From a virus (lineage: Duplodnaviria > Caudoviricetes), in the IMG/VR virus record IMGVR_UViG_3300044739_000008, positions 1 through 50,925 of that record: 50,925 nucleotides of DNA; one strand, written 5' to 3'. The position numbers and the translations under genes are program-made. How positions within the stretch are numbered: the first letter of the stretch is position 1; every line of letters begins with the position of its first letter. Under the pieces are notes generated by a model. The model had not been told where the DNA came from. It ran no database searches and was given only the letters and a program-made list of their open reading frames with translations. Positions 44,488 to 50,925 of the stretch are shown in pieces.

Positions 44488-46077
44488 TCACGCTCCTCTC
44501 GGGTCGCGCTCGTGGGTGATCGGGCTCGGAGCCGCGCCGCCTGACGCGCGGGCGGCGACCTCCGGCAGCCAGTGCTCCGGGTACGCCTCGGCGGACCCGA
44601 ACTCACCTTCGCTGCTGCCCGCCTCGCCGCGCTCGGTGACCGGGATGACCCCGGTTGCGAGGGAGGCGAGGAGGTTCTTGGTGCCCTCGGGATCGGCGTC
44701 CCAGAGCTTGGTGTAGTGCTCGACCCGCGAGGGCGGGAACTTGCCCTCACCGACCGCCGCCTTGATCGCCTCGTCGCGCGCTGAGGTGCGGTAGCGAGCG
44801 TTGGCGGCGATGCCCTCCTCGGCACCGTGCTTCAGCTGCTCCAGCGTCTCGTTGTCGATGAGGGTCATGCCGTCCGGCGTGCTGGTCCGCTCCTCGTCCG
44901 TCTGCGGACCGCTCGGCGTGGTCGCAGGCGCGCTCGGCGCCTCCGGCGTCTGCCCCGGCTCCGGCGCGGGCTGCTTCGGCTCGCCGGACTCGCCGGTGCC
45001 GTCGCCCTCGCCGCCGTTCTCCTCGTTGTGCTCCGCGAGGATGACGGTGACCTGCTCGTCCGTGGCGTCGTCGGGCAGCTGCTCCTCAGTCAGCCCGAGC
45101 GCTCCACGGAGCCCTTGGATCATCGTGGGATCCATGCTGGTACTCCTTTCTCTGGTCCGTCTCGGACCGTGGTTGACTGCGAGGACCCGTCCTGCCTTGG
45201 GCAGTTGGGCGCTCACGAGGGGTGTGGCTTCGGTCTTGTCGTCCTCCTTGGCCTTGGTGTCGGGGACGTACTTGATCTTGATCGCTTCGGGGTCACCGAA
45301 CTCGACCGTGTCAGCATCGTCCCCGCCGTCCTTCAGCGTGAAGGGAACTCTCCACAGCTGATTCTCGTCCGGGTCCTCCGCTATGAACTCGTCAGGGTTG
45401 ACCAGTAGCTCGCGGTCCCACCACCAGTACCGATCGCCCTGCGCGAAGTCCTCATAGAAAGCCCGACGAATGTCGCCCACGTTGATCTGGGCCGCCACTC
45501 GGGGCACGTGACCTCCTCTCGGGGTTGACATCTCGATGACCGTGACCTTCGGACCGGCCTCACTGAACAGGTCCTGCAGATCGGCCAGCGAGGTACAGCC
45601 TGGTCCGATCACTCCGAGGAGGGCCACCGCGTCGATCATGAAGTTGTATTGCTTGTTGTTGGCCGGGTTGGTCCACGGCCCGCCCTCGATCGAGCGCGCG
45701 GGGTACGCGGTCTCAAGGATCGCCGCGAGCCACGCCGGGAGCCCGACCGCGTCACCGATCAGCGTCCCTCCGTCCTCCGAGGCTCGGAGGTTCTGCCAGG
45801 TGCCGAAGTTGGGGAGGGCGAACTGCTCGCCTGCGGCCTCCTCGCCCTCCTTCATCGTCTCCCAGAGGGTCTGAAGATCGTCGTTGATCGGGTTCTCCCC
45901 GTGACTGATCTTGATCTTGGGCGAGTCGATGTGAGGATCGTCCTGCTGCTCGACTACCTCGGCGATCATCTCGCTCGTCACCGTGAACGGGCCGGTGCTC
46001 GCGGGGTACTCGATCCCCGTCTCAAGCACCGGGATGTCGTGGACGGTGACGAACTCGGCTAGGTCGATCGTGGGCAT
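44488..46077 (-). CDS. Prohead protease/scaffold (Mu gpI-like)
   Basis: KISH, YPARSIE, AVALLG..P; scaffold-like C-terminus. Confidence 0.8.
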   Translation of the reverse strand: MPTIDLAEFVTVHDIPVLETGIEYPASTGPFTVTSEMIAEVVEQQDDPHIDSPKIKISHGENPINDDLQTLWETMKEGEEAAGEQFALPNFGTWQNLRASEDGGTLIGDAVGLPAWLAAILETAYPARSIEGGPWTNPANNKQYNFMIDAVALLGVIGPGCTSLADLQDLFSEAGPKVTVIEMSTPRGGHVPRVAAQINVGDIRRAFYEDFAQGDRYWWWDRELLVNPDEFIAEDPDENQLWRVPFTLKDGGDDADTVEFGDPEAIKIKYVPDTKAKEDDKTEATPLVSAQLPKAGRVLAVNHGPRRTRERSTSMDPTMIQGLRGALGLTEEQLPDDATDEQVTVILAEHNEENGGEGDGTGESGEPKQPAPEPGQTPEAPSAPATTPSGPQTDEERTSTPDGMTLIDNETLEQLKHGAEEGIAANARYRTSARDEAIKAAVGEGKFPPSRVEHYTKLWDADPEGTKNLLASLATGVIPVTERGEAGSSEGEFGSAEAYPEHWLPEVAARASGGAAPSPITHERDPRGA

Positions 46078-48233
46078 CAGATCACTCCTCCGAAGGGCTC
46101 ATCCGCGTCGGGCTCGGACTCCTCATAGATCGCCACGAGCGTACACCTGTCGCGCGGTCCTCCCTCGCAGTCCTTGTAGCCGCCTGTCGGGAAGTCCGCT
46201 TCGGCGTCGGCGAGCGACAGATACTGCGTCCCGTCACGCGAGACGCACTTGGCGCAGGTGTTCGTGTCGAGCAGGGCGCTCGCGTAGTAGCGGTCCGGCT
46301 GGTTGACCCGCATCGTGAGCTTCCGGCCCGTGTTGGTCGCCTGAACGATCGTCTCGCCCAGCTGATCCTCTAGGTATTTGGTAGACAAAGAGGACAAGCC
46401 CGTTCTGACCTCGGCGGCGACCTCAGCCGGGGTGAGCGAGCCTCCTGTCAGCCGGATCGCCCGCCGAGCCGCCGTCTCCGAGATCGAGCGCGCGAGGAGG
46501 GCCGACACGGCGGCGGCGCGAGCTTCGAGGGACGTGAGCGCCTCATCGATGTCCCCGAGCTTGGGCACCTTGACGTTCTGCTCGGTGGCCTCCTTGAGCG
46601 CCTGGGTAGCGCCCTGGGCTCCGGCGATCACCATCCGGTCGAAGATCGGCCCGCTGGCGTTCGGAGTCGCGGCGATCGACGCGAGCTTGCCCACGTCCTC
46701 TCCGGCGCCCACGATCGCGTCGTGTAGCTCCTCGATCTGCTCGGCCTGCTTGTTGCGGACCTGGGTGACAAGCGTGTCGCGGTTGAAGAAGAACTGGCTG
46801 TCCATCTCCGCGAAGTCGGTGGCCGCTCGGACCTCGTGGTCATACGGCTGACGGCGCAAGTCGCGGGCCGGGAGGTTGAGCGGGGAGGTAGCCGCTACCG
46901 CGCTCACCCCTCGCCGACCCGCGCTCTCACGCCTCGCCTCGGTGGGCGAAGGCTCGGGCGGCTCGTCGTCATCCTCCTCGTCGGGGATGAGCGGAGCCTC
47001 GATCCGTGGCGTGGTGCGCGCCGGGAGCTTGTGCCGCTCGCGGATCGTGTTCTCAAGCTCCTCGTCCACCTGGATGAGCCCGGTCGTGACCAGCTGGCCG
47101 AGATCGGTGATGCTCAACTCCGGGTCGGTGGAGTCATAGGTCAGGAGCGGGGCGGGCTCGTCCTCGCCGAAGTTCCAGTCAACATCGTCCTCGATCACGT
47201 GCTCGTTGAAGATGTCCTTGAACCACTCGGCGACGGTCAGCTGGGCGAGGCTGAATAGCTCGATGAAGGAGTCTCCGAGGGCGCGTGAGCCCGTCTCCGT
47301 CTGCCCGAGTTGCATGAACATCTCAAGGGCAGACCGTGCCATCTCCTCGTTCTGGAGTCGGATCCAGCCTGCTGCGTCCGGCAGCGCGCCGCGTACTCCC
47401 TCGAAGGTCAGTGACGCCTGGTTGGGGAGGGAGCCGCCCGCGTTCGTGCCCGCCCGAGCGGCCTGGGCGAACTTGTTGATGCGCTCGATGTCGGCAGGGG
47501 TAGCTCCGGGCGGTGCGACGCCGACCGGCACCCCGGCGCCGTTCCGCTCGATGCTCACGGTCCCCACCCTGAGCGTCCGGTCCTTGACGAGCCAGTTCTT
47601 GTACGCCTCTCTGAACATGGATCGTCCGGCCCAGTTGGCGCCTTCCCTGTCCCACACGTAGGCGACGAGCCTCTTGATGTCGATCGGCGGGACGTTCGGG
47701 CCGGTGTTGAACTGACGAATCGACTCCAGCATCCCGTCCTGGGCGATGTTGATCTCGGAGAGGGAGTGGGGCACCCGCTCGCTGAGCTTCTTACACCACC
47801 ACTGGCCGTCCCTGATCTCGCCGACCTGCTCGAAGTAGTAGTGCCCGTACATGAGCCCGAGGAGCGCGAGCCGCAGGTGATCCCCGAAGGCGAACCGGCC
47901 CTTGGTCCGGCCCTTGGGCTTCTCCTCCTGCCCACGGACGCGGAGCCCGTAGTTGTCGGCCACCTTGGTCACGACCTCGGGCTTGGCGCCGTTCGGATCG
48001 AGCCACCAGGCGTAGCGGCGGATCGGGAGCGTGGCCCCGAGGTACAAGCCCTTGACCTGGCTGTCGCTCCGCATCTGATGAAGCACCGACACCGACTGCG
48101 GCCACATCAACTCGGGTACGTGCTCCAGATCGTCCCCGTAGAAGGCGGTCCATCCGGGGATGCCTGGGAGCGGCGTCTGCCTCCCGGAGACAGAGCCGCG
48201 TTCGGTGGTCGGTGCTTCTTTCAGAGCGGACAT
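46077..48233 (-). CDS. Portal protein (DUF935-like) fused to MuF-like minor head domain
   Basis: MRSDSQV, YGHYYFEQV, G.S.FR.AY..W..K, GSRALG; C-terminal SALLD.NTC..C...CEGG.R.RC. Confidence 0.88.
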   Translation of the reverse strand: MSALKEAPTTERGSVSGRQTPLPGIPGWTAFYGDDLEHVPELMWPQSVSVLHQMRSDSQVKGLYLGATLPIRRYAWWLDPNGAKPEVVTKVADNYGLRVRGQEEKPKGRTKGRFAFGDHLRLALLGLMYGHYYFEQVGEIRDGQWWCKKLSERVPHSLSEINIAQDGMLESIRQFNTGPNVPPIDIKRLVAYVWDREGANWAGRSMFREAYKNWLVKDRTLRVGTVSIERNGAGVPVGVAPPGATPADIERINKFAQAARAGTNAGGSLPNQASLTFEGVRGALPDAAGWIRLQNEEMARSALEMFMQLGQTETGSRALGDSFIELFSLAQLTVAEWFKDIFNEHVIEDDVDWNFGEDEPAPLLTYDSTDPELSITDLGQLVTTGLIQVDEELENTIRERHKLPARTTPRIEAPLIPDEEDDDEPPEPSPTEARRESAGRRGVSAVAATSPLNLPARDLRRQPYDHEVRAATDFAEMDSQFFFNRDTLVTQVRNKQAEQIEELHDAIVGAGEDVGKLASIAATPNASGPIFDRMVIAGAQGATQALKEATEQNVKVPKLGDIDEALTSLEARAAAVSALLARSISETAARRAIRLTGGSLTPAEVAAEVRTGLSSLSTKYLEDQLGETIVQATNTGRKLTMRVNQPDRYYASALLDTNTCAKCVSRDGTQYLSLADAEADFPTGGYKDCEGGPRDRCTLVAIYEESEPDADEPFGGVI

Positions 48234-48237
48234 GCGG

Positions 48238-48369
48238 CTACCTCGCTAGGGCCATGACGGTCGTCGCCGACTCGGCTGCCTCGTCGTCCAGCGTGTTGAG
48301 AGCGATGATGACCAGGATCAGGGCGATGGCCCCGAGGATCACCAGCACCAGGATGCGCTCGGCGCTCAT
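48238..48369 (-). CDS. 43-aa single-TM peptide (not in ORF track)
   Basis: RILVLVILGAIALILVIIALN; ATGA overlap. Confidence 0.55.
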   Translation of the reverse strand: MSAERILVLVILGAIALILVIIALNTLDDEAAESATTVMALAR

Positions 48370-48725
48370 CGCTCCGTCACCGGCGCGGCCTCGTCCAGCG
48401 CCTCGTCGGGCTCGGGCGGCTCCTGCCCTGAGCGCCGGTAGAAGTCGATCAGCGCCTTGAGCCGGAGATCGCTCTTGAGGTAGCCGACGCCGAAGTTGAC
48501 GAGGGCGAACACGGGTGGCCCGATCAGGAACACGAGCAGGGCGATGTCGAGGTCATAGCCGTACTTGGCCGCCGCCGCTACCGCCCAGCCGCCCAGGGCG
48601 GTGGTAACGGTCGTGGCGATGACCTTGGAGTCCAGCATGTCCTCGATCGGCTTGTCAAACGTCTCTCGACGCAAGACCCTATTGATGAACTCTTGGATGA
48701 CGAGCATGAGACCTCCTAGCCCCAC
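48366..48725 (-). CDS. Holin-like membrane protein
   Basis: Two TM helices, SKV.A...GYL motif; directly after endolysin. Confidence 0.65.
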   Translation of the reverse strand: MGLGGLMLVIQEFINRVLRRETFDKPIEDMLDSKVIATTVTTALGGWAVAAAAKYGYDLDIALLVFLIGPPVFALVNFGVGYLKSDLRLKALIDFYRRSGQEPPEPDEALDEAAPVTER

Positions 48726-49879
48726 CAGTCGGAGTTGTACGTGCGGGTGTCGTTGTGAACGAAGCGAGACGAGGGATAGGTGCCCACGCCTCCTCCCCGT
48801 CCGGCCCGAGCGCGTAGGCGCTTGGACTCAGCGCCCCAGTCGTTCGCGTTGCCACGGCTGAACGTGGCGTCGGCGGCGGGCTGGGACTTGCGGACGTCAT
48901 AGATGTGAAAGCTGTTCGGCTCCCCTCCGATGCTCGCGTTGTAGCGCGTGTGCCGGTAGCCCGAGTTGATCGAGCCCGGTCCGTACTTCTCACGGAGCGG
49001 GTCCAGGATGCGCTCGCAGAGCACCTTGAGGTCGTCCTTCATGTAGCTCGGGAAGGGCGTGCCGTCGTTGCAGTCGAACTCGTGCTCACCGAAGTATTTG
49101 CTGATCTGCGGCTTGGGCTTCGGGCGCCGCTCCTCGGCCTGCTTCTTGAGGCGCTTGTCGCGGCGGAAGGGCTGGCGGACGAGCAGCTGGCTCTTCTGCG
49201 TCGGCATCGTGTGATCGAGCCCCAGCCGATGGGCCACCTTTCGGTACTGCTTCAACGTCTGGGCGCCGAACTCGCCGTCCACGGCGACCCGAGCCTTGGC
49301 GCCCATCTTGCGAAGCTCGCGGTTGATAGCGATCTGAAGCTGCTTGACGTCCGCGCCGCGCTCGCCGGTGTTGAGCTTCCGGTGCGGCTTCTTGGTCTTG
49401 TGGTACTCGGCCTTGGGCAAGGGGAACTCCTTGTGTACGGGCTTGCGGAACAGCGCGGCCTCGGCAGCCCTCCGGCGCCTCAGGCCTTCGAGCGGCTGGC
49501 CGCCCGCGTTGATCCACTTCCCGAACTCGCGGGCGGCGCTGGCGCGCTTCCCTGTGTTGAGTAGGTCCAGAAGCGTCGAGCCTCGCAGCGCTCCGATCCC
49601 GAGGTTGAACGTGAAGGAGACGAGCGCGTCAAACTCGTTCTGGTTGAGGCTCACGATGACGTAGTCCTCGACGGCGATCTCCACCTGGGTGAGGTCCTGC
49701 TTGAGGAGCGCGAGCGCCTGGCCTCGGGTGACGCGGTAGCTCGCGTCGATCGGCGTTGGCGGACCCAGGTGGACGGTGTGCCCGAAGCCGATGGCTGTGT
49801 TGCCGAAGTCGTTGTAGGGATGATCCACGAACCCCTCGAACTCGGCGATCATCTCGATGGTGGCCTCGCTAGTTCTCAT
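48716..49879 (-). CDS. Endolysin: GH24 lysozyme + peptidoglycan-binding domain + M15 peptidase
   Basis: EFEG...YND..AIGFGH, LNQNEFDALVSFTFNLG, GL.RRR..E; G.DVKQLQ..DGEFG; SGYR...N..GG...S.H...AAD...FVH.D.R. Confidence 0.92.
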   Translation of the reverse strand: MRTSEATIEMIAEFEGFVDHPYNDFGNTAIGFGHTVHLGPPTPIDASYRVTRGQALALLKQDLTQVEIAVEDYVIVSLNQNEFDALVSFTFNLGIGALRGSTLLDLLNTGKRASAAREFGKWINAGGQPLEGLRRRRAAEAALFRKPVHKEFPLPKAEYHKTKKPHRKLNTGERGADVKQLQIAINRELRKMGAKARVAVDGEFGAQTLKQYRKVAHRLGLDHTMPTQKSQLLVRQPFRRDKRLKKQAEERRPKPKPQISKYFGEHEFDCNDGTPFPSYMKDDLKVLCERILDPLREKYGPGSINSGYRHTRYNASIGGEPNSFHIYDVRKSQPAADATFSRGNANDWGAESKRLRARAGRGGGVGTYPSSRFVHNDTRTYNSDWWG

Positions 49880-50105
49880 CGGCCTGTACCACCACCCTCG
49901 CCGAGCGCTTGATGCCGTCCACGATCCCGAGCGCGGTCAGGACGTTGTCGGAGGTATCGACCACTGCCCTCATGGCGTGGTTGGGGCTGCTGAAGCCGTC
50001 CACCGACGCGGCGACGATCTCGTGGTTGGCCGCCTTGAGGCGCCAGCGCCACTCGTTGTCTGCGCTGGGGTAGACCTCGAAGCGGGGATATGGGGTGTTG
50101 TTCAC
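49869..50105 (-). CDS. YegP/DUF1508 family protein
   Basis: FEVY.....EWRWRLKAANHEIVA. Confidence 0.82.
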   Translation of the reverse strand: MNNTPYPRFEVYPSADNEWRWRLKAANHEIVAASVDGFSSPNHAMRAVVDTSDNVLTALGIVDGIKRSARVVVQADEN

Positions 50106-50925
50106 ATTGGCCTCGTGAGTAGGTCGCCGGTTATGGACTCCTCGCCGTACTGCTCGTTGCTCGCCTCGAAGTCCTCCATGGAGGCGCCCGTGAAGGTCGC
50201 CATCATGGCTCCGTCCGCGTGGTCCGGCGAGACGCCAGCGCGCTTGACGATGTCCTCCTTGGCCTCGATCTGGATGCGACCCGAGGAGTCCAGCTTGTAC
50301 TTCATGTTGCCTAGTTGGGCCGCTAGGTCCTGGTCCTCGGTGTCCAGGTCGAACAGGCCATCCTCGAAGCCCTCGCGCAGGTGCCAGTACTGCTCGGCGC
50401 GGCGGTTCTTGAACTTGTCGGGCTCGAAGGCGCGCTGGCCTCCGTGGAAGTCAATGACCGCGTACCCCTGCTCACGCAGCCGGTCGGCGGTCCCGGCGCC
50501 GAGCCCGTCCGCGTCGATCACGATGGGGACGCGCTTGCGCCCGCCGAGCGCCTTGGCGAACTGGCCCGCCGTCTCCATGGTGTCGCCGTAGGGCATCTCC
50601 ACGACCTTGCGGAGGACGCCGCCTCGATTGCGGTACAGGGTGGAGCGGTCCTTGCCGAAGCGCGCCACGTCGCCGCCGAACCGGCCGATGCCGATGCCAT
50701 CAAGCTCGCGCTCCAGCGCCTCGCGGATCATCTTGGGCGAGATCAGCATGTCGTCGCTGACCTCGGGGAACTCGCCCAGGACCTTCGAGATGTACAGCGG
50801 GCTCGTCTCGCCCCAGCGCTTGCGGCGCTCCTCCACCCAGGTCTTGCCCGTGAGCACGTGGTGTAGCTCGTCGGGGACCTTCTCACCCGTGAAGGCGGGC
50901 AAGTCGAAGGCGCTGATGGCGATCT
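50102..50925 (-). CDS. terL: Terminase large subunit, C-terminal nuclease part
   Basis: KVLGEFP, GDVARFGKD, IDADGLGAG..D, N.RAE, SPD.AD. Confidence 0.93.
   Translation of the reverse strand, partial: IAISAFDLPAFTGEKVPDELHHVLTGKTWVEERRKRWGETSPLYISKVLGEFPEVSDDMLISPKMIREALERELDGIGIGRFGGDVARFGKDRSTLYRNRGGVLRKVVEMPYGDTMETAGQFAKALGGRKRVPIVIDADGLGAGTADRLREQGYAVIDFHGGQRAFEPDKFKNRRAEQYWHLREGFEDGLFDLDTEDQDLAAQLGNMKYKLDSSGRIQIEAKEDIVKRAGVSPDHADGAMMATFTGASMEDFEASNEQYGEESITGDLLTRPM
50799..50925. repeat. 127-bp direct repeat, right copy
   Basis: Identical to 1-127. Confidence 0.97.

Larger units (their letters stand above)
1..50925 (-). mobile_element. Complete tailed bacteriophage genome (myovirus-type, circularly permuted contig)
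   Basis: Terminase, portal, capsid, sheath, tube, baseplate, lysis and replication genes all present; identical ends; terminase ORF continues across the junction. Confidence 0.97.

Noticed and set aside
5201-46062. Long + strand ORFs (e.g. 5201-6355, 8319-9461, 14260-15621, 19504-20880, 29886-31628)
   Set aside because: Antisense shadows of well-supported - strand genes, expected in high-GC DNA; no recognisable motifs
50799-50925. 127-bp terminal repeat as a biological DTR
   Set aside because: It falls mid-terminase and its length equals a common assembler k-mer; most likely a circular-assembly overlap

Overview
The window is a complete, circularly permuted genome (50,798 bp unique plus a 127-bp end overlap) of a high-GC tailed phage with a contractile tail, probably of an actinobacterial host (inference from GC and gene families). 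Essentially every gene lies on the - strand. Order along the - strand: terminase large subunit (split across the contig ends), endolysin/holin, portal-MuF, protease/scaffold, capsid, neck, sheath/tube, frameshifted tail chaperone, tape measure, baseplate, tailspike/fibres and membrane proteins. Next comes a promoter-rich early region and a replication/recombination module (SNF2, Cas4-like nuclease, Sak4, SSB-like protein, DnaG-MCM primase-helicase). After that is an enzyme cluster (FAD oxidoreductase, HAD phosphatase, SDR, VOC protein, Nmad1/MazG-like protein, DnaE, Acb2/Tad1-like protein, divergent ThyX), then RNase H, RuvC and TerS. No integrase, tRNA or CRISPR array was recognised. The best candidate for a new system is the 5.1-12.7 kb cluster, which looks like an uncharacterised pre-replicative nucleotide-modification pathway with its own polymerase. 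Also notable are the TOPRIM primase-MCM fusion and a highly structured element flanked by 13-bp direct repeats. Family calls come from motif recognition by eye; no database searches were run.
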